64,000 nucleotides of DNA from Alphaproteobacteria bacterium (GCA_900768465.1 CAAGCY010000013.1:187587-251586); one strand, 5' to 3'. Numbered from the stretch's first letter, positions 25,427 through 35,550 are shown. Numbers and translations: made by a program. Notes: generated from the letters alone by a model not told the origin.

Positions 25427-26458
25427 TCATCTTTTGGCGGCGGGGTCCAAAGGCCACCGCGGTCTGGGACTGAAATCCAAAGAATCGGACAGTCCCAGCA
25501 AATGGTGTTCCATGCCTGCCCACGCGACCATTGCGCCGTTGTCCGTACACAGTTTTAACGGCGGCGCGGCAAACGTCAATTTATATTTTTGCGACAGTTT
25601 TTCCAACGCCCCGCGCAAAGCCTGATTGGCGGCGACTCCGCCCGCGACGACCAAGTGCGTCCCTTGCGGATAGTCGCGCTTGAAAATCTTGATTCCGTTT
25701 TTCAGCCGCGAACACAGCGAATCCAGAACGGCGGCTTGGAAACAGGCGCACAAATCGGCTTTGTCCCGTTCGGTCATCGGCGAGTCGCCAAACGATTCGA
25801 CCACGCGCCGCACCGCCGTTTTCAGCCCCGAAAACGACAAATCGCATCCCGCTTTGCCGACCATCGGGCGCGGCAGGTCAAACCGCTTCGGATTGCCGTT
25901 TTTGGCGTACGATTCGACTTTCGGTCCACCGGGATATCCCAATCCCATCATTTTGGCGGCTTTGTCGAACGCTTCGCCCGCCGCGTCGTCAATCGTCGCG
26001 CCCAACCGTTTGAACTTGCCGACGCCTTCGGCGACCAAAATCTGGCAATGTCCGCCCGATGTCAGCAGCAGCAAGTACGGAAAAGGCACGTCTTGTCCCA
26101 AACGGGCGGTCAAAGCGTGCGCTTCCAGATGATTGACGGCGATAAAAGGAATGTTGTGAACGGCGGCAATCGCTTTGGCGGTCATGACGCCGACAATTAC
26201 GCCGCCGATCAGCCCCGGTCCCGCCGAAGCCGCCACGGCGTCAAGGTCCGAAAAGCCGATGTTCGCCTTGGAAAGGGCGTCGGTTACGATGGACGTGATT
26301 TTTTCCAAGTGGGCGCGCGCGGCGATTTCCGGCACGACGCCGCCGAACGAAACGTGCTCGGGCTGGGAAAAAACAACCGAAGACAGCAGGTTTTTGTTTT
26401 CGTCGACAACCGCCGCCGCCGTTTCGTCACAACTGGATTCTATTCCTAAAACAAGCAT
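25427..26458 (-). CDS. tsaD: tRNA N6-adenosine threonylcarbamoyltransferase
   Basis: MLVLGIESSCDETAAAV; Kae1/TsaD family. Confidence 0.9.
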   Translation of the reverse strand: MLVLGIESSCDETAAAVVDENKNLLSSVVFSQPEHVSFGGVVPEIAARAHLEKITSIVTDALSKANIGFSDLDAVAASAGPGLIGGVIVGVMTAKAIAAVHNIPFIAVNHLEAHALTARLGQDVPFPYLLLLTSGGHCQILVAEGVGKFKRLGATIDDAAGEAFDKAAKMMGLGYPGGPKVESYAKNGNPKRFDLPRPMVGKAGCDLSFSGLKTAVRRVVESFGDSPMTERDKADLCACFQAAVLDSLCSRLKNGIKIFKRDYPQGTHLVVAGGVAANQALRGALEKLSQKYKLTFAAPPLKLCTDNGAMVAWAGMEHHLLGLSDSLDFSPRPRWPLDPAAKR

Positions 26459-26540
26459 TTTGTTTCCTTGAATGTAAAATTATTCTACCCATACTCGGAA
26501 AAAATGGTAAAATCCAGTAGATTCAAGCAAGGAGGCTTTC

Positions 26541-27812
26541 ATGGAACCCGAAAAAATCAACGAAACCGCTGAAGAAACCGCAGAAAACAAAGAACCCGAA
26601 ACGGTCGAAGAAATTTCAGCCGTTCCGCCCAAAAAACACCGTGCGGGAAAAATCATCGCTTTGATTTTGATTGTTGCCGCCGCGACGGTTGCTTTTTCCG
26701 TTCCCGAAAGCCGCGAAAAAATCATAACAACGGCAAAAGAAGCCGTTGCGAAATTGAAACAGCCCGGCGCCTATGAAGTGATGACGTTGCCGCTGGTCAA
26801 CGACGAATACCCCGTTGCCGATCTTTCTTCTCAAACCGCAGAGGACAATCAGCCGTCGCCTGTTGCCGCTCAGGGAATCGACGCGCGGCTGGAACAGTTG
26901 GAAAACGCGCGGGATTTTGAACACGCGGAACAGATTGTCGCTACGGCGGATCCTGCCGCAAAGCTGTCCGCCGAAGCAAAATACGATGCTTTGGAACAGC
27001 GCCTGCTCACGCTGGAACGCCGCCTCGATATGCAGGAAAAAGACACCGACCACAAAATCGGCGAAGTGCGCAAAGCCATTCCGAACACGGGACTGATGGA
27101 AGATAATGTCCGCCGTTTGATTGCTCAGGGCGAAACGCACTCCGATTTGCTGGTCAAACTGACGGAACGCACCGAAAGCGTCGAAAAGAATAAAGCCGAC
27201 GCGTCGTTCGTGCTGAGCTTGAACAGCCGTATGATTGCCGCCGAACAAAAACTGCGCGAATCCAACGCCGAAAAAGAACGGGCGAGCGCGCTGCTGCTGG
27301 CGATTTACCAGATGCGCGACGCCGTTGACCGCGGACAGAAGTTTATGCTGGAACAACAATCGGCAAGCGCGCTGGCGTCGTTCAGCAAACCGCTGGAATC
27401 CAAATTGAACCAGCTGACGCCGTTTGCGGAAAAAGGAGTTTGGACGCAAACCGCGTTGGAACAAACGTACGATATTTTCGCCGACACCGCGCTTTTGACC
27501 GAAAAAAGCGGTCAAAAAACGGATTGGTTCCACCGCGCTTTGGATAAACTGCGCGAACAGGTCGTCATCCGCCGCATTGACGCGCCCGCCGAAGATTTGT
27601 CGTCGCAAGCCGTTTTGGCGCGTGCGGGTAAAGCGGTTGCGCGCGGTGATTTGACTCTTGCCGTCATTCAGCTGAAAGCGCTGAAAGGCATTGCCGCCGA
27701 AAAAATGATGCCGTGGGTGTCCTCTGCCGAACAGATGCTGTATGTCAAAAAAGCCGTCAATGAATCTTTGGCGGCGGCGTTAGGCTTGATTTACGCGCAA
27801 CAGGGGGAATGA
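26541..27812 (+). CDS. Mic60/mitofilin-like (HemX-position) inner-membrane coiled-coil protein
   Basis: An acidic N-terminus, one TM helix (IIALILIVAAATVAFSV), a long periplasmic coiled coil and a conserved C-terminal domain. It sits immediately upstream of a HemY_N-domain gene. This arrangement is described for alphaproteobacterial Mic60 homologs. Confidence 0.5.
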   Translation: MEPEKINETAEETAENKEPETVEEISAVPPKKHRAGKIIALILIVAAATVAFSVPESREKIITTAKEAVAKLKQPGAYEVMTLPLVNDEYPVADLSSQTAEDNQPSPVAAQGIDARLEQLENARDFEHAEQIVATADPAAKLSAEAKYDALEQRLLTLERRLDMQEKDTDHKIGEVRKAIPNTGLMEDNVRRLIAQGETHSDLLVKLTERTESVEKNKADASFVLSLNSRMIAAEQKLRESNAEKERASALLLAIYQMRDAVDRGQKFMLEQQSASALASFSKPLESKLNQLTPFAEKGVWTQTALEQTYDIFADTALLTEKSGQKTDWFHRALDKLREQVVIRRIDAPAEDLSSQAVLARAGKAVARGDLTLAVIQLKALKGIAAEKMMPWVSSAEQMLYVKKAVNESLAAALGLIYAQQGE

Positions 27813-27815
27813 CAA

Positions 27816-29120
27816 ATGATTAAAATCGTATGGAACGCCGTTTTACTGGCGATTATCGCTTTAAGCGCGGCATGGCTGTCGAACAACCCCGGTTCGGTGC
27901 AAATGGAATGGCTGGGCTGGCGCGTGCAGACATCTGTCGCTGTCGTCATCGCCGTTTTTGTTATCGGTTACGCGGTGTTTTACGCTTTTCTGGCAAAGCC
28001 GCTGCTGTTGCTGAAAAACAAGATTTTGTACTGGGCGCGGGCTGATTTGCGCGCCGAAAAAATGGCGAAAGCGAAAGTCGACCGCGAAATCGACCGCTAT
28101 ACTTTGCTGGGCAAAGGATTGACGGCTTTGGCGGCGGGCGATGTGGTCTCTGCCGGAAAAATGCAAAAAGACATTGCCAAAAAATTCGCCGATGACGAAG
28201 TCAAAACGTTTGTGTTCGATGCCCAGTTGGCGGAAGCGCAAAACAATACCGCCAAAGCCATGGAACTGTACGGAAAATTGGCGGAAGAACCCGAAACGCG
28301 GCTGTTGGGCATGCGCGGCAAAATCCGTTTGTTCCGCTTGAACGGTGCGCCCGAAAAAGCGTTGCAGGCGTGCGAGGAGCTGTTGGGCGAAAAAAATCCG
28401 ATGCCGTGGACGGTGTCCGAAGCTTTTGAACTGCAAGTTCTTGAAAAACAATGGGAAAAAGCGACGGCGACGTTGGAAAAAGCCCGTAAAATGGAATTGT
28501 TCGACAAAAAGACGCTGAAACATCTGAAAGCGTCCGTGTTGCTGGAACAATCGACGGAAACAACCGATGCGGCTCAAAAGGAACGGCTGGTTTTTGAAGC
28601 CGAGGAAACCGACGATTCGCTGATTCAAGCCGTTTTAACCGCCGCCGCGCTGAACGCCGAAAAAGGCGAAATCCGCAAAGCCCGCAAACAGCTGTGCAAG
28701 CTGTGGAAAACCGCGCCGTGCTGGGCGGTGTACGAAGCGTTCCAAGCGTTGACGCCCGAAAAACCCGCGTTGGAAGCCGTAACCGATTTGCAGGATTTGC
28801 TGGATGAAAACAAAGACGCCGAAATCAACGCGCTGGTTATGGCGGACGCGTCTTTGAAAGCGCGGCTGTGGGGACAGGCAAAAGGATTGCTGGAAAAATA
28901 TCTGGCGATCAAGCCGAATTCCAAGCGCGCTTTGCTGATGATGGCGGAAATCGCCGCCGCAAACCGTGATGAAAAGCTGGCGGTTGAATACGGCGAAAAA
29001 GCCGCCGTCGCCGAAACCGAACCGATGTATGTTTGTTCGGTTTGCAAAACGGCGTTCAACGAATGGCACACGGTTTGCCCGACTTGCCATACCTTGGGAA
29101 CGATGAACGTGAAAATCTGA
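27816..29120 (+). CDS. hemY: HemY-like heme-biosynthesis-associated TPR membrane protein
   Basis: HemY_N-type N-terminus (two TM helices, MIKIVWNAVLLAIIALSAAWL...), TPR-like repeats and a C-terminal zinc ribbon CSVCKTAFNEWHTVCPTCH. Confidence 0.7.
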   Translation: MIKIVWNAVLLAIIALSAAWLSNNPGSVQMEWLGWRVQTSVAVVIAVFVIGYAVFYAFLAKPLLLLKNKILYWARADLRAEKMAKAKVDREIDRYTLLGKGLTALAAGDVVSAGKMQKDIAKKFADDEVKTFVFDAQLAEAQNNTAKAMELYGKLAEEPETRLLGMRGKIRLFRLNGAPEKALQACEELLGEKNPMPWTVSEAFELQVLEKQWEKATATLEKARKMELFDKKTLKHLKASVLLEQSTETTDAAQKERLVFEAEETDDSLIQAVLTAAALNAEKGEIRKARKQLCKLWKTAPCWAVYEAFQALTPEKPALEAVTDLQDLLDENKDAEINALVMADASLKARLWGQAKGLLEKYLAIKPNSKRALLMMAEIAAANRDEKLAVEYGEKAAVAETEPMYVCSVCKTAFNEWHTVCPTCHTLGTMNVKI

Positions 29121-29137
29121 TTGCCGAACAAATCGGA

Positions 29138-29174
29138 AAAGCCTCCGTTTTTCAACGGAGGCTTTGTGTTTTTC
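29138..29174 (+). terminator. rho-independent terminator after hemY-like
   Basis: AAAGCCUCCGUU-loop-AACGGAGGCUUU followed by GUGUUUUUC. Confidence 0.7.
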
Positions 29175-29188
29175 AAGAGGTCGGTAGT

Positions 29189-29353
29189 TTAGAAGCTGTA
29201 ACGGACGCCTGCCATCAGGCTATACGCGAATTTGTTTTTGGAATAGCTTTCGCTTGAATTGAAGTCCGGATCGACAAAATCAGTATATTTGCTGTGATAT
29301 TTTATTTTCGCCATACCGACGCCCGCACCGACGGCAACATCGCCGCCGAAGTT
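29189..29353 (-). pseudogene. remnant of an outer-membrane beta-barrel gene (C-terminal ~52 codons only)
   Basis: The minus-strand frame reads NFGGDVAVGAGVGMAKIKYHSKYTDFVDPDFNSSESYSKNKFAYSLMAGVRYSF*, a classic OMP terminal strand ending in F. In-frame TAG/TGA stops lie immediately upstream. It is below the ORF-track size cutoff. Confidence 0.4.
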
Positions 29354-29481
29354 TTTTCATAACTAACAGTCCTTTTTTGTTTCAGTTAAACAAAACCCAC
29401 CTGAAAAGGCGGGCGGATGTTAGCAACCGTTCAAAAACAAAGACGGCTCGGCGTTTTCGCGCGGCGCAGCGGTGCCGATTT

Positions 29482-29970
29482 TTATTTCTTCGCGGCGGCG
29501 CGGACGGCTTCGATAAACGGCATAAATTCGTCGACGACTTGTTCGTAAACGGCGCGTTTGAATTCGACAATCATATCAACGACCCGTTCGACGGGCGTCC
29601 ATGCCCATTCGCAAAATTCGGCGTGATTCTGATGAATGTCGATTTCGGATTCGTCGCCCGTAAATTCAAACAAAAACCATTTTTGGGTTTGTCCCGCGAA
29701 CTTTTTTTTCTTTTCGCTGATGAACGTAACGTCCGACGGAAAATCGTAAGTGTACCAATGCGTGCTTTCCGCTATCAAAGAAACGGATGTAATGCCTGTT
29801 TCTTCCTGCAATTCGCGCAAAGCGGCGGTGTACGGATCTTCTTGTTCGTCGATTCCGCCCTGCGGCATTTGCCAGCCTTTTTTGCGGGTGTCGACGCGCC
29901 GCGCCATAAACACGTCGCCCGCGTGATTTAAAACCATCAATCCGACGTTCGGACGATATTCTTTTTTCAT
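29482..29970 (-). CDS. rppH: RNA pyrophosphohydrolase (Nudix)
   Basis: Nudix box GGIDEQEDPYTAALRELQEETG; RppH-like length. The stop overlaps the yibQ-like start. Confidence 0.85.
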   Translation of the reverse strand: MKKEYRPNVGLMVLNHAGDVFMARRVDTRKKGWQMPQGGIDEQEDPYTAALRELQEETGITSVSLIAESTHWYTYDFPSDVTFISEKKKKFAGQTQKWFLFEFTGDESEIDIHQNHAEFCEWAWTPVERVVDMIVEFKRAVYEQVVDEFMPFIEAVRAAAKK

Positions 29971-31508
29971 TTTTTTGCCTCCGCAATCTGTCTGACATAA
30001 TACGATACGGGGACAAAGACCGCTTGCAGAACGGGATTTTCCTCGGTCGGCGTCAACGATTTCATAAATTCAATCAGCGCAACCATGGTGACGGGATACG
30101 CTTCGATTCTGATGAAAGCGCGTCCGTTCTTTTTTGCCAGATTCAACGCTTTTTCCAGTCGCGATTTGATTGCCGCGCGATACAGATTGTCGGCGATGTA
30201 CATGTCGGGACGAACCGTTTTTTCAAACATCGGCATGTCGGCATTGTCGGATCCCGCTATGACAACCAGCCCGCGGGAAGCGATTTCTTCCGCAAACTTT
30301 TTCATTTCCGCAGGGGCGTAATACGAAAAGTTTTGATTCCGCTGCGCCGCCAATCCGATATAAGCGATATCGCTTCCCATGATTTTATGCAGTCTGTTGT
30401 GATTTTCGCGCGCGGGCAACCCGCCGACCAGCCCCAAAGGACCGGGGTCCGTTTCCGGGAAAGTGCCGTGCTGCATCGGCAAATCCAACAGCGTTTCATG
30501 CCCCGCTTTGCGCGCGTTTTCGACATATTCCTTCAGCTGCGGGGCATAAGGCGAAAACGACAGGGAAACGGTGGCGGGAACAGAGTTTACGGCGGATTCC
30601 GTTACATTGTGACGCCGTCCCAATCCCGACAGCAACACGGCGATGTACGGCGTTTCCGGTTTTTGTTCGACAGGCGCGGCATAAGCTTTGAACGGCGTCA
30701 GTCCGTTGGATGCTTTGACGGGCAATCCGTCTTTGCGCAAAGCGGGCAAAGGCTGAACAATCGTCAACGGAATCACGCCTTTGGGATCTTTTTGCTTAAT
30801 CAGTGCGAAATTCGGCAAAGATTCGACCAAAGTCGTATGCACCAATTCGGGCAAAGGCAGACGTTCGCCGTTTTCCTGCAGATGAAAGCGGGCGGCAGGT
30901 TTTGTCAGCGCGGATTTCAAATCGGGGCTTGTCAAAACGGGCAGCGTGAATTTCGGCTTTGGTTTGATTTCGGGATATGCGGCTGATTTTTTCGGAGCAT
31001 ACGCCTCAAATTCCTGTTTTGCCGATTCTTCATGCGCCGCGACAATCGCGGGGACGGGCTGTTTTCCCTGTTCGGCGGCGGCGCGTTCCTGTTCCAAAGC
31101 GGCGATTTGCGCGATTTTTTGGTTTGCCTGTTCGTCTTGTTCCTTGTGCAGTTCCGCTACGGCAGGATTTTCGGGTTCGGGCGATTCGACTTTTTGTTTC
31201 AAAGATTCGGCGGTTGCGTCGACGGATTTTTTATGTTCCTCGATTTCTTTGATTAAGTCCGAATTTCCCGTTTCCGATTCTTGTTTCGCCGCGGATTTTG
31301 TTTCCGGCGGCTGAGGATTGATTAAAGACGCCGTCCGCTGATCCGATTTCAGATTAAAGCTTGTTTGCGCGACGGTATCGGCGAAAAACGACCAATACAC
31401 CCCCGCCGCCGCAAAAGCGAACGATGCCGCCGCAAACACCGCTACCGTGCGAAAAGCTTTGCGCAGATTGTCTTGTTTTTTATCGGAATCGAAAGCGGGG
31501 GAAATCAT
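29967..31508 (-). CDS. divergent polysaccharide deacetylase family protein (YibQ-like) with a long N-terminal extension
   Basis: N-terminal membrane anchor, a long low-complexity/coiled region, and a C-terminal YibQ-type domain (YIGLAAQRNQNFSYY...GLVVIAGSD...). Confidence 0.65.
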   Translation of the reverse strand: MISPAFDSDKKQDNLRKAFRTVAVFAAASFAFAAAGVYWSFFADTVAQTSFNLKSDQRTASLINPQPPETKSAAKQESETGNSDLIKEIEEHKKSVDATAESLKQKVESPEPENPAVAELHKEQDEQANQKIAQIAALEQERAAAEQGKQPVPAIVAAHEESAKQEFEAYAPKKSAAYPEIKPKPKFTLPVLTSPDLKSALTKPAARFHLQENGERLPLPELVHTTLVESLPNFALIKQKDPKGVIPLTIVQPLPALRKDGLPVKASNGLTPFKAYAAPVEQKPETPYIAVLLSGLGRRHNVTESAVNSVPATVSLSFSPYAPQLKEYVENARKAGHETLLDLPMQHGTFPETDPGPLGLVGGLPARENHNRLHKIMGSDIAYIGLAAQRNQNFSYYAPAEMKKFAEEIASRGLVVIAGSDNADMPMFEKTVRPDMYIADNLYRAAIKSRLEKALNLAKKNGRAFIRIEAYPVTMVALIEFMKSLTPTEENPVLQAVFVPVSYYVRQIAEAKK

Positions 31509-31517
31509 GACCGTTCC

Positions 31518-32831
31518 TTACTTGTTGCGGTAAATTCCCATCGCCTTGACAATATCCATGGCGCGGTCGAGCTGATAATCTTCGATTTTCTTTTCTTCCG
31601 CGGGTTTTTCGTCAAACGGGTCGGGGTCTTTTTCCTTTTTGGATTTTTTGCCTTTGGGTTCGTCCTGTTTTGCCAGCGCGTTCGGCAGAGTCGCTTCCGT
31701 AAAGTCGTCCGATCGCGTGGCGACGTATTCGACGTGTCCGACGGGAATCTGAATGTCGGGTTCGATGCCTTTGGCTTGGATGGACCGTCCCGACGGGGTG
31801 TAGTAGCGCGCCGTCGTCAAACGAATCGCTCCGAATCCCGTTACGGGAATGACCGTCTGCACCGACCCTTTGCCGAACGAACGCATCCCGACGACGACCG
31901 CGCGTTTGTGATCCTGCAAAGCCCCCGCGACGATTTCCGCCGCCGAAGCCGATCCTTCGTTAATCAAAACGACAATCGGCATGCCTTTGGTCGCATCGCC
32001 TTTGGACGCGTTGTAACGCTGCATTTCATCCGCGCGGCGGGAACGGGTCGAAACGATTTCGCCTTCATCCAAAAACAAATCCGCGACCGACACGGCTTGG
32101 TCCAGCAATCCGCCCGGATTGTTGCGCAAGTCTATGACATAGCCCGACAAATCGTTCGGATGATCCTTTTGGATTTTATTCAAAGCTTTTTTCACGTCGT
32201 CCGTTGTCGAATCGGAAAACGAGGAAATGCGGATATAGCCGACGGATCCTTTGTCTTCGGATTTTACGGAACGGATTTTAATGGCATCGCGGGTCAGCGT
32301 CGCGTCAAAAGCGGGTTTGTCTTTGCGTCGGACGGTCAGTTTGACTTTGGAATTGACGGGGCCGCGCATTTTTTCGACCGCTTGGTTCAAAGTCAGCCCC
32401 AAAACCGTCGTGCCGTCGATGTGCGTGATGTAATCGCCCGACCGAATGCCCGCTTTTGCGGCGGGAGTGTCGTCAATCGGGGAAACGACTTTGACCCAGC
32501 CGTTTTCCATGGTGACTTCGATGCCCAAACCGCCGAATTCGCCTTTGGTCTGTTCGCGCATTTCCTTGAACGTTTCGACGTCCAGATACGACGAATGCGG
32601 ATCCAGCGACGACAGCATGCCGTTGATGGCGTATTCAATCAGTTTGTCCGCGGGAACTTCTTCGACGTAATCGGTGCGCGCGCGTTTGAACGTTTCGCTG
32701 AACACGTTCAAATACTTGTAGACCGAATCGTTGGAAACCTCCTTTTTTTCGGGTTCCGCCGCCTTTTCTTTGGCGAAAGCGGGCGTTGCCAGCAATGACA
32801 AAGCCAAAAAAGCCGCTGTGAAACGTTTCAT
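31518..32831 (-). CDS. ctpA: carboxy-terminal processing protease (S41 family)
   Basis: Signal peptide, a PDZ domain and the S41 catalytic region (GGLLDQAVSVADLFL...; SASAAEIVAGALQD). Confidence 0.85.
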   Translation of the reverse strand: MKRFTAAFLALSLLATPAFAKEKAAEPEKKEVSNDSVYKYLNVFSETFKRARTDYVEEVPADKLIEYAINGMLSSLDPHSSYLDVETFKEMREQTKGEFGGLGIEVTMENGWVKVVSPIDDTPAAKAGIRSGDYITHIDGTTVLGLTLNQAVEKMRGPVNSKVKLTVRRKDKPAFDATLTRDAIKIRSVKSEDKGSVGYIRISSFSDSTTDDVKKALNKIQKDHPNDLSGYVIDLRNNPGGLLDQAVSVADLFLDEGEIVSTRSRRADEMQRYNASKGDATKGMPIVVLINEGSASAAEIVAGALQDHKRAVVVGMRSFGKGSVQTVIPVTGFGAIRLTTARYYTPSGRSIQAKGIEPDIQIPVGHVEYVATRSDDFTEATLPNALAKQDEPKGKKSKKEKDPDPFDEKPAEEKKIEDYQLDRAMDIVKAMGIYRNK

Positions 32832-32834
32832 ATT

Positions 32835-34007
32835 TTATCCCCTTTTCCGGTTCATAAAGCCCGCCGGATTTATCGGCTGACCGTTTTTGCGTAACTCAAT
32901 ATACAGCGTCGGCTGCGTTTGCGCTACCATTATTCCTACGGGTTCGCCCGCCAGCAGCGATTGACCGACGGACGTGTCCAGCCGTCCCAGTCCCGCCAGC
33001 AAAGTGTGATACCCGTCGCCGTGTTCGATGATGACCAGTTGACCGTAGCCGCGGAACGGTCCCGCGAACAGCACCGTGCCGTCATAAGGCGAAATCACCT
33101 GCGCGTTGGCGCGCGTGCGGATGATAATGCCTTTGGACGCGCTGCCCGCGTCGGTCATATCGCCGAATTTTTTGATGATGTTGCCTTTGACGGGGTAGGG
33201 AATCCGCCCTTTCGCCGCCATAAAAGCCCCCGTCGGCACGCTGCTTTGCGTCGGGCGCATTTGCTTTTGACGGCGGCTTTCCGCGTCCAAACGCGCCAAC
33301 AAATCTTTCAAGTCGCCCGCCTGTTTCGCCAGATTTTCGGCTTTGCTTTTCGCGCGCGCGCTTTCACTGGCGAAAGCCGTCTGCAGCCGCGATTTTTTCC
33401 CGATAAGCGCATCCATGTTTTTGCGCTTTTGTTCCAGCCGCCGCGTCATCGTTTTGATTTGCGCGTACTGCGCCCGAATCGCGGTCGTCAAGCTGGCGAC
33501 TTTCATCAAATCCTTGCGCAAACCTTCGGTCGAATACTCCAACCGCGGCACGGCTTCGCGCAACAGCAGCGCGCTTCGTAAAGTGTCCTGCGGCGGCAAA
33601 GGCTGGATTAAGAGGGCTTCCGTCGGCTTCCACGCCAGATTTTGCAAAGCCGCCAAAACGCGCAGACGCTGTTCTTTGCGGATTTCCAGACGGTTTTTCA
33701 TCAACGCCTGCTGCGCTTCGAATTCCGCCAGTTTTTCCTCCAGCCTGTCCAGACTTTCTTCCTGTTCCTGAATGGAGCCCGCCGCGCGCACCATTTTGCG
33801 CCGCACGTCCAGAATTTCCTGTCGGGCGGCTTTGGCTTTTTCGCGCAATTCCCTGTGTTTTTGTTCGGCGGCTTTGATTTCGGAATTGATTTTCGACAAT
33901 TCCGCCTTGGCTTGCGCTTTGTCCGTCGCGGCGTAAACAAAAGACGGCGACACGTTCCCCGCGAACAGCATCACGCAAAACAGTATCGTCGTCTTTTTAA
34001 AAGTCAT
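32835..34007 (-). CDS. murein hydrolase activator EnvC-like M23 peptidase-domain protein
   Basis: Signal peptide, long coiled coil and a C-terminal LytM/M23 domain (GQLVIIEHGDGYHTLLAGL...TLYIELRKNGQPINP). Confidence 0.75.
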   Translation of the reverse strand: MTFKKTTILFCVMLFAGNVSPSFVYAATDKAQAKAELSKINSEIKAAEQKHRELREKAKAARQEILDVRRKMVRAAGSIQEQEESLDRLEEKLAEFEAQQALMKNRLEIRKEQRLRVLAALQNLAWKPTEALLIQPLPPQDTLRSALLLREAVPRLEYSTEGLRKDLMKVASLTTAIRAQYAQIKTMTRRLEQKRKNMDALIGKKSRLQTAFASESARAKSKAENLAKQAGDLKDLLARLDAESRRQKQMRPTQSSVPTGAFMAAKGRIPYPVKGNIIKKFGDMTDAGSASKGIIIRTRANAQVISPYDGTVLFAGPFRGYGQLVIIEHGDGYHTLLAGLGRLDTSVGQSLLAGEPVGIMVAQTQPTLYIELRKNGQPINPAGFMNRKRG

Positions 34008-34011
34008 CAGC

Positions 34012-35550
34012 TTACTTCAACAGCGATTTGCCCGTCATTTCCGCAGGTTGTTTCAAGCCCAGCAGCTGCAGCAGAGTCGGCGCCAAGTCCGCCAGACGTC
34101 CGCCGTCGCGCAAAGTCGCGCCTTTCGGTCCGTTGAACAGGACAACGGGGACTTTGAACGTCGTGTGCGCGGTGTAGGGCGCGCCCGTTTTTTCGTCCTT
34201 CATCAGTTCGCAGTTGCCGTGATCGGCGGTAACCAGCATCACGCCGCCCGCGCGTTTAATCGCGTCTTCCAGTCTGCCGAGGCATTTGTCGACGGCTTCG
34301 GCGGCTTTGACGGCGGCGGACATAATGCCCGTGTGACCGACCATGTCGCCGTTCGCAAAGTTCACGATAATCGTGTCGAACTTGCCCGAATCAATCGCGT
34401 CGACCAAAGCGTCGCAGACTTCAAACGCGCTCATTTCGGGCTTCAAGTCGTAGGTTGCGACTTTCGGCGACGGAATCAAAATGCGTTCTTCGCCTTTGAA
34501 CAAGCGTTCTTCGCCGCCGTTAAAGAAGAATGTGACGTGCGCGTATTTTTCGGTTTCCGCAATGCGCAGCTGAGTCATGCCCGCGTTGGAAACGACTTCG
34601 CCAAAGATGTTTTTCAGCTGTTCGGGCGGGAAAATCGGCTTGACGAAGCGATCGTGATCGGCGGAATACTGCGTCATGCCGACGACAGCCGCAAAATCGA
34701 CCGTTTTTTCGCGGGCGAATTTGTCGAACGGCTTGTCCGCCAGCGCGTACATGATTTCGCGGGCGCGGTCGGAACGGAAGTTCGCAAACAAAATGCCGTC
34801 GCCGTCGTTCATGCCCTTGTAGTCGCCGATAACGGCGGGAATCACGAATTCGTCGAACACTTTTTCGGCATAGGACGCTTCAATCGCGGCTTCGGCGGAA
34901 TCGGCATGGTTGCCTTTGCCGCTCATCATCGCGTCGAACGCCAGCTTTACGCGTTCCCAGCGGTTGTCGCGGTCCATTGCGTAATAACGCCCCGAAACGG
35001 TCTTGATATGAACGTTTTTCAAGCCTTTGACGGCGTTTTCAAAGTCTTTGACATAGCCCAAAGCCGAATCGGGCGGAACATCGCGGCCGTCCAGAAAAGC
35101 GTGAACGGCGACGGGGATGTTTTCACCGTCCAAAATCTTTGCCAAAGCGATGATGTGGTTGATGTGGGAATGAACGCCGCCGGGGCTCATCAACCCCAAC
35201 AGGTGGCACGTGCCTTTGGACGCTTTCAGTTTTTCAATCAAATCGACGACGGCGGGGCGTTTCGCCAAAGAACCGTCCGCGCAGGCTTGGTCGATTTTCG
35301 GCAAATCCTGCATGACGACGCGACCCGCGCCGATGTTCATGTGGCCGACTTCCGAATTGCCCATTTGACCCGCAGGCAGACCGACGTCCAACCCCGACGT
35401 GGCAATCAAAGTGTTCGGGCAGGTTTTGACCAATTCGTGCCAATTCGGCGTGTTGCCTGTTTCAATGGCGTTGTTTTCTTTGCTGTCGCGGTGACCCCAG
35501 CCGTCCAAAATGCACAGCATGACGGGACGGGGACGTTTGATTTCTTCCAT
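34012..35550 (-). CDS. gpmI: 2,3-bisphosphoglycerate-independent phosphoglycerate mutase
   Basis: MEEIKRPRPVMLCILDGWG and full-length iPGM similarity. Confidence 0.9.
   Translation of the reverse strand: MEEIKRPRPVMLCILDGWGHRDSKENNAIETGNTPNWHELVKTCPNTLIATSGLDVGLPAGQMGNSEVGHMNIGAGRVVMQDLPKIDQACADGSLAKRPAVVDLIEKLKASKGTCHLLGLMSPGGVHSHINHIIALAKILDGENIPVAVHAFLDGRDVPPDSALGYVKDFENAVKGLKNVHIKTVSGRYYAMDRDNRWERVKLAFDAMMSGKGNHADSAEAAIEASYAEKVFDEFVIPAVIGDYKGMNDGDGILFANFRSDRAREIMYALADKPFDKFAREKTVDFAAVVGMTQYSADHDRFVKPIFPPEQLKNIFGEVVSNAGMTQLRIAETEKYAHVTFFFNGGEERLFKGEERILIPSPKVATYDLKPEMSAFEVCDALVDAIDSGKFDTIIVNFANGDMVGHTGIMSAAVKAAEAVDKCLGRLEDAIKRAGGVMLVTADHGNCELMKDEKTGAPYTAHTTFKVPVVLFNGPKGATLRDGGRLADLAPTLLQLLGLKQPAEMTGKSLLK

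Noticed and set aside
25589-26449. Long antisense ORFs inside housekeeping genes: 25589..26449 (+) in tsaD, 31365..32798 (+) in ctpA, 34048..35595 (+) in gpmI, 41503..42795 (+) in mutS, 51016..52788 (+) in macB, 60598..61455 (+) in addA, 14812..15648 (-) in pheA.
   Set aside because: Each lies opposite a gene with unambiguous family signatures. The antisense translations are Arg-rich nonsense with no recognisable features.
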